Shown: piece after piece, positions 30,678 through 40,754 of the stretch
Position numbering within the stretch: the first letter of the stretch is position 1
Layout: every line of letters starts with the position of its first letter
Origin: an uncultured Clostridia bacterium
GTDB lineage: Bacteria; Bacillota; Clostridia; TANB77; CAG-508
Assembly: GCA_928721565.1 (NCBI GenBank)
Contig: OV788638.1
Location: forward strand, 1,484,850 to 1,548,849
Length of the DNA: 64,000 nucleotides
Direction: 5' to 3'
Notes under the pieces: model-generated
What the model saw: the letters and a program-made list of their open reading frames with translations, nothing else
What the model was told of the DNA's origin: nothing
The model's database searches: none
Made by a program: the position numbers and the translations under genes

Positions 30678-32198
30678 CTATCTAGAATAAGAACTTCTTC
30701 TCCTACAAATCATTCTGAGTTTTCTTTTCTTTTTCTCCTTCTCTTCTTTTTTAGGTAGTTCTTGTTTATTTTTGATAACTGTATAGAGTTTAGCACCCAT
30801 AATTTTTATAAAACCATAATGTGCTAGCTTTACAGTGTATTCTCCAAGAACTTCAACCCTTTTAGCAATATTGGCATTTTCAACTCTTACTGCAAATTTT
30901 TTCTTAGTTTCGATTTCTCCATGATTTACTAAAACTAATTTTAAGTTTTTGAATCTAGAAAGCAATTCTAATAATTCATCTGCCTTTGCATGAGATGAAA
31001 ACTGACTCGTTGAATGAATCTGAGCTTTAACATAAACCTCCTGTCCCATAATTTTAATTGCTTTGTCTTCGAATTCATTATCAATAAGTTTCCGTCCAAG
31101 AGTTTCTTCACTACAATAGCTTGTTAAGAAAATTGCCCAGTTTTCGTTACTAATAACAAATGGTAAATACAACTGTGCTGGACCATGATCAAGCATTCCA
31201 GAGGTTGTTAAAATAATCTTTTGTCCTTTGGATGCCATTACAAATGGTCTAGTATCTTTGTCTACCCAATGGAAGTTTTCTGGAAGAAATTCTAACTTTT
31301 CTTCTTCAATTTCAAGTTCACCACTTCGATATTTATGTGTATATTGATGTGATAAATTTCCATCCAAATAAATAGGAATTTCTTTACTGATTCTTCCATC
31401 ATCTTGCATCTGCTTAAGAATAAACAAAATCTCCTGAGCTCTACCCTGTGCTAATACTGGAATAAACAAACTTTTTCTTTGCTCCAGTATCGTTTTTACC
31501 TCATCTTCAAAATTGTATTGAATCTCTTTAGTTTCTGTATCACCATAAGTAGATTCAATAATAACATTCATAGGTAATTCGTAAACCCACTGTGGTACTG
31601 GTTGAACATCTTTAAAAATGTTATATGGCTTATAGTCTCCTGTAAAGAATAAGTTTATATCCTGTTCTCCAGGGTAACTAATCTGTACAAGAATCATCCC
31701 TGCACCAATAATATGACCATTGTCAAAGTACGTTATTTTGATGTTTGGACTAATCTGAATTTCTTCATTAATGTCACATGGTTCTAAGTATTCAAATACT
31801 CGTTCAACATCTTCTTCCTCATAAAGAGGTTTTGATTTTTGTCTTTGAGAATCTTCTTTCATTATCTGATATGAATTACTTAATGAAATTCTCAAAAGCT
31901 TGCTTGTTGATTTGGTTGCAAATATTTTTCCATGAAAACCATACTTAGTTAATAATGGTAATTTTCCAACATGATCTGCATGATTATGTGTAATTAATAC
32001 AAATTCAATGTCTTCACTTGAAAACGGAAAATCTAATTTATTCAGCTCATTGTACAGCTTTTCTTGAAAAAGACCACAATCGACTATAAATTTAATTTTC
32101 CGTCCATTTGGTAAATGCACAACCACTAGCAAACAAGATCATGTAACTTCTAGGTGTAATGCTGTAATGTGTACATAAAGCTTTTCTTTTGAACCCAT
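30678..32198 (-). CDS. beta-CASP MBL-fold metallo-hydrolase (RNase J/CPSF-like nuclease) with an in-frame TGA at 32139..32141
   Basis: HNHADH, GHIIGAG, TGD, ESTYG and a C-terminal HSTSQFSSHA are the MBL and beta-CASP motifs. Upstream, RBS GGAGAG-ATG (32198) gives MGSKEKLYVHITALHLEVT-TGA-SCLLVVVHL, where the stop replaces the Gly of the conserved EVTGSC motif (GGA to TGA). The ORF track therefore starts at an internal TTG (32132). Confidence 0.7.
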
Positions 32199-32335
32199 AA
32201 AATCTCTCCTTTACAATATATCAAAATATTTTTTTGATATGAAAGAATTATGTTAATAGTTACATTCCTATTATACACAGATTTCTTCAATAATTCAATA
32301 CTTTTAGCATACTTTTTTCAAAATTTCATAATTTT

Positions 32336-32893
32336 TTATAACATTCCACTTGTAGGCACATAATCATTACTTGGTGGCATTACACAAGAATTCTCTGGCT
32401 CAATCGCTTCTTTAATATCTGTAATTTTAATAAATGGAATCTGTTCATTATGATATTTTCCCATCTCTATACTTCCAGTTATATTAACCCAAGTTCCATC
32501 AGAAAATTTTTCAGCATCTTTGCATTCACACAAAAAGCCAACAACTACAGACTGTGTTTTGCTTTCATTAATAAACATATCTCTTGCAATAACAAACTGA
32601 TTATCTTTAAAATCAATAACTCTATATATGTAGCCAGTAAAATTCACCTTCATTCCAATATATGAATCTGGATCATCATGAACAGCTTTTAAAATGTTAG
32701 TATAATTCTCTGTTTGAATTTCTGTAATATCTTGTTTTTTCATTTTGTCATTTACTATAAATTTACCACTTGTAAAAAAAATCTTGTAAACGCTAAAACC
32801 AAATACTCCTAGCATAAATATGGAAAGTATTACAATTATTATTTTTAGTACTACTCCACCATTCACCTTTAAATTATATATAAACATAAACAA
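32336..32893 (-). CDS. membrane-anchored hypothetical protein (N-terminal TM, Cys-containing extracytoplasmic domain)
   Basis: 185 aa with an N-terminal hydrophobic helix; the repeat pair lies upstream. Confidence 0.4.
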   Translation of the reverse strand: MFMFIYNLKVNGGVVLKIIIVILSIFMLGVFGFSVYKIFFTSGKFIVNDKMKKQDITEIQTENYTNILKAVHDDPDSYIGMKVNFTGYIYRVIDFKDNQFVIARDMFINESKTQSVVVGFLCECKDAEKFSDGTWVNITGSIEMGKYHNEQIPFIKITDIKEAIEPENSCVMPPSNDYVPTSGML

Positions 32894-32953
32894 ACGCCCC
32901 TTTACTTATTTTATTTCTATAAGTTTATGAGCTTTTTTTTAATTTATGCACAG

Positions 32954-33019
32954 TTGCTCATTTGGGACCGGTTCTCTTTTGAGCAATTGTTCATTTAAGA
33001 ACCGGTCCCAAATGAGCAA
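32954..33019. repeat. pair of GGGACCGGTTC-core palindromic elements (copies C1, C2) in opposite orientation
   Basis: TTGCTCATTTGGGACCGGTTCTCTTTTGAGCAA and TTGTTCATTTAAGAACCGGTCCCAAATGAGCAA, between the AI-2E transporter gene stop and the start of the 32336..32893 gene. Confidence 0.85.
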
Positions 33020-33035
33020 ATGGAACAAATGAACA

Positions 33036-34124
33036 TCACATGAATCTATTTAATATTCCTTCCTCTAACACACTAGCAAAAACGCTCTTCAAAATTATCA
33101 AAACAATTGGACCTACAAGCATTCCCATTACTCCAATCACTTTAAACCCTGTATACATTGCAATCAATGTAAAAATTGGATGTATTCCTATCTTTCCACT
33201 TACTATTTTGGGTTCCAGAAACTGTCTTACAATTGACATGATTATCCATAATACAATTATTGCTACCCCTAGCTGTACATCACCATTTAATGCTTCTAAT
33301 ACAGCCCAAGGAACCATAACTGAACCAGATCCAAGTATTGGTAATGCATCTACAAATCCTATTCCTAATGCTATTAATAATGGATATCTTACATTCATAC
33401 CTACAAATTTAAATATATATAATCCAACTAATGAAATTATGAATGACACTAATATCAGGATTGCTTCTGCTTTTAAATATCCGCCTAATTTTATTGTTAT
33501 TTCTCTTATATGCACTCCTATCTTCTGTACCCATTTTCTTGGCATATGATGTTCCATAAAATCCAAAATATATATTCTATCTGTACATACAAAATATACT
33601 GACAATATTGTTATCACAACATATATTGCAATTGATGGTATTGAGGTAATAACAGATATTAATTTTGTCAAAAATCCTGTTATCCATGTTGATAACTTAA
33701 ACAATACTTCTTTTGATGCATCTTGCATTAAATTAGCAACATTATTTGATATGCTTACCTTTGAAATATTCATTTTTCCGATTACATCTTGAATTTGTGT
33801 GTATGTTCTATCTATATACAAATTTAAAGTTTGTAAAAGATTAGTTGACTCTGAAATTAGTGAAACTATTCCCCAAGTTACACTTCCAATTATTACAGCA
33901 AACACTATTATAAATATTATTATTGAACTCATTTTTCTTGATAATTTTGTTTTTTTCATTAAGTACTTTATTCCTGGCTCTATCATTAATGAAATTACAA
34001 AAGCCACTAAAAAAGGCATATAAAATACTGCCAATTTTGCCCCTATGTAAACTCCTACTATTATTAGGGCTATATTTAAAACTCTTCTAATAACTTTATA
34101 AATATAGTTTAAATCCTCTGACAT
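33036..34124 (-). CDS. AI-2E family transporter (UPF0118/PerM-like permease)
   Basis: 362 aa, about 8 TM helices; the N-terminal conserved block and overall layout are typical of the AI-2E family. Confidence 0.6.
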   Translation of the reverse strand: MSEDLNYIYKVIRRVLNIALIIVGVYIGAKLAVFYMPFLVAFVISLMIEPGIKYLMKKTKLSRKMSSIIIFIIVFAVIIGSVTWGIVSLISESTNLLQTLNLYIDRTYTQIQDVIGKMNISKVSISNNVANLMQDASKEVLFKLSTWITGFLTKLISVITSIPSIAIYVVITILSVYFVCTDRIYILDFMEHHMPRKWVQKIGVHIREITIKLGGYLKAEAILILVSFIISLVGLYIFKFVGMNVRYPLLIALGIGFVDALPILGSGSVMVPWAVLEALNGDVQLGVAIIVLWIIMSIVRQFLEPKIVSGKIGIHPIFTLIAMYTGFKVIGVMGMLVGPIVLIILKSVFASVLEEGILNRFM

Positions 34125-34346
34125 TTGCCCTCTTTTCTATGTAATAATTACATTATAATGTAGATTCTTGATAATATAAACTTTGAATATATATTCCAAT
34201 ATGGTTGAAAACACTCTAGAAGTTCTATAAAAATTTATGGAAATAGTTCATGATAATGAAAGGTATCCATAAATTGAGTTAGAACTTCTTAAGTGTTGTA
34301 ATGAGCTGAGAATGAAATGAAAAGTTTATATTATCAACAATCCTTA

Positions 34347-34793
34347 TTACCCATTATTTTTAGTTTGTCCACCACAACCACAAATATCTTCAACAGTATT
34401 GCAGAAATGATCTTCACCAGTCTCTTCATTATACTGAGCCAAATCTCCAAGAGTAAGAATTCCTATAACCTTATTATTATCGACAACTGGGATTCTTCTT
34501 ATTTGATTTTGTGCCATTTTATTTTCAGCTGTATGAACATCATCATTTTCATTACAAGTGCATACATTGCATGTCATTATTTCACTTGCAGGTGTATTTT
34601 TTACATCTTTATCACAAGCAACTGTACGCAATATTATATCTCTATCTGTAATTAGTCCTACAAGACAATTATTGTTATCACATACTGGAACACAACCTAT
34701 ATGATTTTGTTCCATTAGTTTTGCAACATCATTGATTTTTGTTTCTGGTTTTACACAACAAACTTCGCCACACATACAATCTTTAACCTTCAT
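34347..34793 (-). CDS. CBS-domain pair protein with a Cys-rich C-terminus
   Basis: Two CBS modules (ITDRDII..., GILTLGDL); a Cys cluster CGCGG at the C-terminal end. Confidence 0.6.
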   Translation of the reverse strand: MKVKDCMCGEVCCVKPETKINDVAKLMEQNHIGCVPVCDNNNCLVGLITDRDIILRTVACDKDVKNTPASEIMTCNVCTCNENDDVHTAENKMAQNQIRRIPVVDNNKVIGILTLGDLAQYNEETGEDHFCNTVEDICGCGGQTKNNG

Positions 34794-34904
34794 ACTAAAC
34801 TCCTTTTTGTTTTTTTGAATTAATATTAATTCTTTATATATTTTAGTCAAAAATAAAAAAGATTATTCTTGTTTTTGAATAATCTTTTTTTATATTTTCT
34901 TTAC

Positions 34905-36053
34905 TTATCTTGTTTCAACAGAGTTAACACATTCTTGAATATTTTTCATCTTGTTCATTGCTAACAAATCTTGAACCTTAAAATTTTTTAATTGGTTTAT
35001 ATTTCCAATTTTTCCACCATAATATTCAATTCCCTCTGCATAATCATATACATATTCTTTATAATCATTGTATTCAGTAACTCCAGTTACTCTTGTATTA
35101 TCCGCGTTCTCTTCACTAATTACCTCATATGGCAACAATGTTTTTCCCGCTGATAAGGCTCCAAATGTTCTGTGATTTCCTTCAAGCAAATACTTGATTC
35201 CCTCTCTCTTTACTATTTCTAGTTTTCCTCTTTCATTATTATATCCATTTTTCTTCATATTCTCAGCTAAACTCTCTATTGTATTTCCCAAAATTGAAGG
35301 AGCACCAGTTTCTCTTCCCTTCTGTAATGGATAAAAACATGTTGGACTTGCCCAATTTTTAGGATAACTTTTTCCTGTTCTATATGCTTCTTCTCCTGTT
35401 ATTATTATATCTGCTAATTCTTCTGTGTTTGAATAAGAAGTGTCTACTACTAAATCATAATTATTTTCATCTGACAAATCAATATTATATCTTTCTTTAT
35501 ATCTTTCAATCTCTCCAATTTTTCTTTCTTTTGTTTTTTGTATTGCCATATCTAATGTTTTATATTGATCCTCTGATCCCCTCGTCTTATCATTAAATAC
35601 CCTTTTTCCGGCAATTGCATCATTTATAGTTAATCTAACTGCATATGAATCTGGCACATTGTTCCATGCTAATCTTGAGTCTATAATATAAACATCATTC
35701 GGTCTTTCTTTTTTATTTATTTCTCTTCCCTTTCTTGCCACTTCACCATCTACGATTCCATCTATTGAATGTACTTTTGCCATAAATTTCTTGTCATTCT
35801 GAATATCTGCTAAACTAGCATCTTTCCTATCTGGGTAAACTTTTAGATATTCCTTTTTTACCAATTCTCTAAATACATCTCCAACTGATATTATATGAAT
35901 ATTATATCCTAGCTTCTCATATTTATTCTTTATCTCTCTTACTACTGTTGATTTTCCACTTGCAGGTTCTCCTGATATTGTTATTATTTTATTTTTTATT
36001 TTTTCCAATTTCAGTCTCTCCTTTTCTAAAATTTTCCTTTTATATTTTATCAT
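34905..36053 (-). CDS. cytidylate-kinase-like P-loop domain fused to a ParB/Srx-like nuclease domain
   Basis: N-terminus ITISGEPASGKSTVVREI is a P-loop CMP-kinase-like domain. The C-terminus EGIKYLLEGNHRTFGALSAGK resembles the ParB N-terminal/sulfiredoxin-fold motif. Confidence 0.5.
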   Translation of the reverse strand: MIKYKRKILEKERLKLEKIKNKIITISGEPASGKSTVVREIKNKYEKLGYNIHIISVGDVFRELVKKEYLKVYPDRKDASLADIQNDKKFMAKVHSIDGIVDGEVARKGREINKKERPNDVYIIDSRLAWNNVPDSYAVRLTINDAIAGKRVFNDKTRGSEDQYKTLDMAIQKTKERKIGEIERYKERYNIDLSDENNYDLVVDTSYSNTEELADIIITGEEAYRTGKSYPKNWASPTCFYPLQKGRETGAPSILGNTIESLAENMKKNGYNNERGKLEIVKREGIKYLLEGNHRTFGALSAGKTLLPYEVISEENADNTRVTGVTEYNDYKEYVYDYAEGIEYYGGKIGNINQLKNFKVQDLLAMNKMKNIQECVNSVETR

Positions 36054-36161
36054 ATTTTAAAATCTTTTGCAAGTTTTTTGTAAACTTTTTATGTAATTTG
36101 ACTTTTGGAATTAAATCTGGTAAACTAAATATACATAATAGTTGAAAGAGAGGAACTACAT

Positions 36162-36566
36162 ATGAAAAAATTAAAAAATTGCATGACACATGCATTAGAC
36201 ATCGAAGAACTGGACATTCCTAACTCAAAATTGAGTTTATGGTACTCCTCCGATCCATTCCAGGAAATTCTGGAAAAATGCCACCGCTACTACAATCGGA
36301 CTTGTCGGAAAGTAAATCGTTATGACAAGTTGCTAGATGGAGAATGGCTAGTCGTATTTTTCGGCTTCGTAGCAATAAAATTTGACTATGAAGGTAGACC
36401 AGAACGCTACGACTATCATTTTGCCCGGCAAGAACCGGATGGCTCTTGGACAGAAAGACCATCAATATATGAAGAAATTTCTATTGTCAACATAGACAAT
36501 CTGATTTCCGATTATAAAAAAATAAATATCAAGCCAATTTTCCTTGCAATTAGAAAAATTGACTAG
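36162..36566 (+). CDS. hypothetical protein, locally GC-rich (likely horizontally acquired)
   Basis: 134-aa ORF with RBS AGAGGAACTACAT. Its composition (~40% GC in 36220-36480) contrasts with ~28% in the surroundings. Confidence 0.4.
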   Translation: MKKLKNCMTHALDIEELDIPNSKLSLWYSSDPFQEILEKCHRYYNRTCRKVNRYDKLLDGEWLVVFFGFVAIKFDYEGRPERYDYHFARQEPDGSWTERPSIYEEISIVNIDNLISDYKKINIKPIFLAIRKID

Positions 36567-36716
36567 GTCTTTCTCGAAAAAAGATATGATTAATTTCATA
36601 TCTTTTTCTTTTTTTGCAAATTATGTCTAAATTTATGTATAAGTTTCCATAATTTTCTTTACATTTTTCCTTCGACGTGATAAAATACTAGTATTAATAA
36701 ATTTAAGGAGGATTTT

Positions 36717-38255
36717 ATGGAATCAAAAGAACTAATCTTAATTTTAGACTTTGGTGGACAATACAATCAATTAATCGCTCGTAGAGTAAGAGAATGTAAT
36801 GTATACTCTGAAGTTGTACCATTCAATATTTCAATAGAAAAAATAAAAGAAAAAAATCCAAAAGGAATAATATTCACAGGAGGACCTGCAAGTGTATATG
36901 GCGAAGATTCTCCAAAATGTGCTGACGGAATTTTTGAATTAGGAATTCCTGTACTTGGAATTTGTTATGGAATGCAATTAATGGCTCATACACTTGGTGG
37001 AAAAGTTGCCTCTGCAACAACAAGAGAATATGGAGAAACAAATGTAAATATAGATAACACTTCTCCTCTATTACAAGGATTTGAAAACACAAATGTATTT
37101 TTAATGAGTCATACAGACTATGTAGAGGAAGTACCACAGGGCTTCAAGAGAATTGGTTATACACCAGTTTGCCCAAATGCAGCAATGGAAAATCAAGAAA
37201 AAAATTTATATGGAATTCAATTCCATCCAGAAGTAAATAATTCAATAAACGGAACACAAGTTATCAAAAACTTTTTATATAATGTTTGTCACTGCTCAGG
37301 TGATTGGGTTATGTCATCATTTGTGGAAGATTCTATAAAATCTTTAAAAGAAAAAATCGGAGATAAAAAAGCCTTATGTGCTCTATCTGGTGGTGTTGAT
37401 TCATCTGTTGCAGCAGTACTTTTAAGTAAAGCTATTGGCAAAAATTTAACATGTATTTTTGTTGACCATGGATTACTTAGAAAAAATGAAGGTGACGAAG
37501 TTGAAAAAATATTTACAGAAAATTACGACTTGAATTTCATCAGAGTTGATGCTAAAGATAGATTTTTAAGTAAACTTGCTGGAGTTACTGATCCAGAACA
37601 AAAAAGAAAAATTATAGGTGAAGAATTCATCAGAGTGTTCGAAGCTGAAGCAAAGAAAATTGGAACTGTAGATTTTCTAGTTCAAGGAACTATCTACCCA
37701 GACGTTATCGAAAGTGGACTTGGAAAAAGTGCTGTGATCAAAAGCCATCATAATGTTGGAGGACTTCCTGATTATGTTGATTTTAAAGAGATCGTTGAAC
37801 CTTTAAGAAATTTATTTAAAGATGAAGTTCGTAAAACTGGTTTAGAACTTGGTATTCCAGAAAATCTAGTTTATAGACAACCATTCCCTGGTCCAGGTCT
37901 AGCAATTAGAGTTATTGGAGATATAACAGATGATAAGCTAACTATTTTAAAAGATGCAGATGCTATTTTTAGAGAAGAAATTGCTAATGCAGGATTACAC
38001 AAAAATATAAATCAATATTTTGCAGTTCTTACTAATTTAAAATCTGTAGGTGTTATGGGTGATGAAAGAACTTATGATTATACAGTCGCTTTAAGAGCTG
38101 TTGAAACTACTGATTTTATGACTGGTGTTTGGAGCAGAATTCCATATGAAGTTTTAGAAAAAGTTTCTAGTAGAATTGTTAATGAAGTTAAACATGTTAA
38201 TAGAGTAGTTTATGATATTACATCTAAACCACCAGCAACAATTGAATGGGAATAA
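36717..38255 (+). CDS. guaA: GMP synthase (glutamine-hydrolysing)
   Basis: Class-I glutamine amidotransferase domain (GICYGMQ) followed by an ATP-pyrophosphatase domain (SGGVDSSV) and a C-terminal dimerisation domain ending PATIEWE. RBS AAGGAGGATTTT. Confidence 0.92.
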   Translation: MESKELILILDFGGQYNQLIARRVRECNVYSEVVPFNISIEKIKEKNPKGIIFTGGPASVYGEDSPKCADGIFELGIPVLGICYGMQLMAHTLGGKVASATTREYGETNVNIDNTSPLLQGFENTNVFLMSHTDYVEEVPQGFKRIGYTPVCPNAAMENQEKNLYGIQFHPEVNNSINGTQVIKNFLYNVCHCSGDWVMSSFVEDSIKSLKEKIGDKKALCALSGGVDSSVAAVLLSKAIGKNLTCIFVDHGLLRKNEGDEVEKIFTENYDLNFIRVDAKDRFLSKLAGVTDPEQKRKIIGEEFIRVFEAEAKKIGTVDFLVQGTIYPDVIESGLGKSAVIKSHHNVGGLPDYVDFKEIVEPLRNLFKDEVRKTGLELGIPENLVYRQPFPGPGLAIRVIGDITDDKLTILKDADAIFREEIANAGLHKNINQYFAVLTNLKSVGVMGDERTYDYTVALRAVETTDFMTGVWSRIPYEVLEKVSSRIVNEVKHVNRVVYDITSKPPATIEWE

Positions 38256-38262
38256 AAAAATC

Positions 38263-38300
38263 AAGTTGTCAAAAGGTTCGTACCGATTGACAACTTTTTT
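38263..38300 (+). terminator. intrinsic terminator of guaA
   Basis: Stem AGTTGTCAA/TTGACAACT followed by T6. Confidence 0.7.
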
Positions 38301-38363
38301 GTTCATTTGGGACCGGTTCTTAAACGAACAATGTTCATTTGGGACCGGTTCTCTTTTGTGCAC
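38298..38363. repeat. tandem pair of GGGACCGGTTC-core palindromic elements (copies D1, D2)
   Basis: TTGTTCATTTGGGACCGGTTCTTAAACGAACAA and TGTTCATTTGGGACCGGTTCTCTTTTGTGCAC. They lie between the convergent 3' ends of guaA and the proline-rich protein gene. Core-to-core spacing 32 bp. Confidence 0.85.
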
Positions 38364-38370
38364 TTTTATT

Positions 38371-38832
38371 TTAATATGCTAATTCCCCATCTTCTAATGA
38401 AGAAAAATATTTAGGTGACTCATATATATCATTTTCTCCTCCTCTTGGTCTTGGAGGTCTTCCTGGTCCAGGTCCCATAGGTGGCCTCATTGGAGGACGA
38501 GGTGGTCTTGGTGGTGGAGGTCTAGGAGGTCTAAATCCTGGAAAACCTGGTCTTCCTAATAATTCTCTTAATAATAATATACGAATTATATCATTTAAAC
38601 CTGTGTTTCTTTGTCTATTATCACAATTTTGGCAATATCTATCTTCTTTATTTTTTTCTATTTTTCCAGTGTTTGTTGTTGTAGTTTTTGAATCTATTTT
38701 TGTAACTTCTGCCTCTCCTCTATCTTGTACCAATGCCCTATCTTCTACTGCAGAATAGATTTCATCTGTTAATCTATCTACTAGTTCTCTTGTAACCTCT
38801 CCTCTATTTTCTGCACATGCTTTTTGCACCAT
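38371..38832 (-). CDS. proline-rich low-complexity protein (possible spore coat/structural protein)
   Basis: C-terminal PGFPGFRPPRPPPPRPPRPPMRPPMGPGPGRPPRPRGG. The likely start is MVQKACAENRG; the ORF-track N-terminus overlaps the upstream gene. Confidence 0.45.
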   Translation of the reverse strand: MVQKACAENRGEVTRELVDRLTDEIYSAVEDRALVQDRGEAEVTKIDSKTTTTNTGKIEKNKEDRYCQNCDNRQRNTGLNDIIRILLLRELLGRPGFPGFRPPRPPPPRPPRPPMRPPMGPGPGRPPRPRGGENDIYESPKYFSSLEDGELAY

Positions 38833-38840
38833 AGGATATA

Positions 38841-39434
38841 CTATCTGGTTGATGACGAAGTAGAATGTTGGTTCCATTCAAAACCAAAATCACTTCTTTT
38901 TATTTTACACATTTCTCCATTTTCTCTATAAAAAACTATTCCTTCTATATAATGATTTCTAAGATACTCTTTTATTCCATCATAATCTCTTGGCACATTG
39001 TCCAATATCCTATTTCCATGTTTTTCTAAAATATCTTCATCTAAATTATATGGATTTCCATTTAAATGCTTTCCTATTAATTCATATGTTCCATCTTCTA
39101 AATTTTCATTTTTTTGTCTCTCAAATGCTTCCAATTGATATTTACTATTTAAATCATCTGGTACGCATAATATCCAATGTGGAAAATGTCCCGTTATTGA
39201 ATCAGCTTTTTCTTGGCAAGGAATTGCTCCCTTAGGTAATTTTCTACCTTTTTTGTAATCATATCTCCTATATATTTTTCCATCTTTTATCAAACAACAT
39301 GTACCATCTATTTTCTCTGTTGCCCAGCCCTCTCCATCTAATACCCATTTGCAGTCTGGTTCTACTTCATTTAAACATTTTGCTATTTTATGGTTTTCGA
39401 ATTGTCTTTTAAAAAGTGTTTTCATTTTCTTCAT
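38841..39434 (-). CDS. RNA ligase family protein (nucleotidyltransferase motif I KxDG)
   Basis: GWATEKIDGTCCLIK matches the KxDG adenylylation motif of ATP-dependent ligases. Its ~200-aa size fits stand-alone bacterial RNA_ligase-domain proteins. Confidence 0.5.
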   Translation of the reverse strand: MKKMKTLFKRQFENHKIAKCLNEVEPDCKWVLDGEGWATEKIDGTCCLIKDGKIYRRYDYKKGRKLPKGAIPCQEKADSITGHFPHWILCVPDDLNSKYQLEAFERQKNENLEDGTYELIGKHLNGNPYNLDEDILEKHGNRILDNVPRDYDGIKEYLRNHYIEGIVFYRENGEMCKIKRSDFGFEWNQHSTSSSTR

Positions 39435-39446
39435 CTAATTCACTTC

Positions 39447-40646
39447 CTATTCTAATAAAAAATCGATTAGATATTTAATCTTAATACCTTCTTCTGATGT
39501 ATTATTATATAATCTGTCCATTGTTATAACTGTTTTTTCATAATTATCTTTTATATTTTTTAGTACTCCAAGTTCACGTTTTTTCACATTGTCATCTAAC
39601 ATTGTATATGTCACTTGATAATATTTTTTATCATTTGGCTTTGTTGCTATAAAATCAACTTCTAAAGAATCATTTTTTCCAACAGTAACATCGTATCCTC
39701 GTCTTATTAATTCAAAATAAACTACGTTTTCTATAATATGTCCAAAATCTGAATCTCTAAATCCTAATGTAACATTTCTTATTCCAGTATCCACAATATA
39801 ATATTTTTCTAATGTTTTTAATATTTCTTTTCCTTTAATATCATATCTTGGAACTTTATATATGATATATGCATTTTCTAACATTTGCAAATAATTTAGA
39901 ACTGTATTATGTGTTATTTTTGTGCCTTGGCTTGTTAAAAAATCTGCAATTTTCTTTGAAGAAATTAAACTTCCAATATTACTCATTAAAAATCTCAAAA
40001 TTTTTTCAAGTAATATCGCATCTAATAACTTATTTCTTTCTACTACATCTTTCATAAATACTGTATTATATATACCTTTTATTGCATTTTCATATAGGTT
40101 TTCTTCATTTTTTATAGTTATAATTCCTGGCATACCACCGAATTTTATATATTCAATGAATTTATCTTCTAATGTTTTTTTATCTTCTAATACTGTAAAA
40201 TCTAAATATTCCTTGAAAGATAATGGTAATACTTTTATTTCAACATATCTTCCTGATAAATATGTTGACAACTCTGATGATAACAAATATGCATTTGAAC
40301 CTGTTATATAGATATCACTCTTAAAATCTACTATCATAGCATTTACAGCTTTTTCCCATTCTTCAATTCTTTGAACTTCATCTAGCAATATATAATTTGT
40401 CTTTGTTCTTATGATTCTTTTGCTTATTTTATTATACATATCTTTATAGTTAACAATGTCATCATATTCAAAAGATTCAAAATTCATATATATTACATTT
40501 GCATTTTTGTCTTCCTCTAATATTTTTTCCATAAAAAGTTTTAATAAACTCGATTTTCCACATCTTCTAATTCCTGTTATAACTTTTATAAATTCAGTAT
40601 CTTTATATGCTAATAATTTGTTCATATATATGTCTCTATTTACCAT
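39447..40646 (-). CDS. AAA+ ATPase with DUF4143 C-terminal domain
   Basis: Walker A GIRRCGKSSLL and Walker B ILLDEVQ; architecture typical of the AAA_14/DUF4143 family. Confidence 0.65.
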   Translation of the reverse strand: MVNRDIYMNKLLAYKDTEFIKVITGIRRCGKSSLLKLFMEKILEEDKNANVIYMNFESFEYDDIVNYKDMYNKISKRIIRTKTNYILLDEVQRIEEWEKAVNAMIVDFKSDIYITGSNAYLLSSELSTYLSGRYVEIKVLPLSFKEYLDFTVLEDKKTLEDKFIEYIKFGGMPGIITIKNEENLYENAIKGIYNTVFMKDVVERNKLLDAILLEKILRFLMSNIGSLISSKKIADFLTSQGTKITHNTVLNYLQMLENAYIIYKVPRYDIKGKEILKTLEKYYIVDTGIRNVTLGFRDSDFGHIIENVVYFELIRRGYDVTVGKNDSLEVDFIATKPNDKKYYQVTYTMLDDNVKKRELGVLKNIKDNYEKTVITMDRLYNNTSEEGIKIKYLIDFLLE

Positions 40647-40754
40647 TTTCTCTCATTCCTTTCTTTTTTATTATAAATATAGTATACAACACTGTTTATG
40701 TTTTGTCAAGTTTTGTTAATGTGTTAACAAAACTTTTATTTTTTATGTTTTTTG

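Noticed and set aside
36567-36716. Purine/guanine riboswitch upstream of guaA
   Set aside because: The 150-nt leader is AT-rich and lacks the conserved P1/J1-2/J2-3 riboswitch core (e.g. UAUAAUCGCGUGGAUAUGGCACGCA...). I found no convincing stem-junction pattern.
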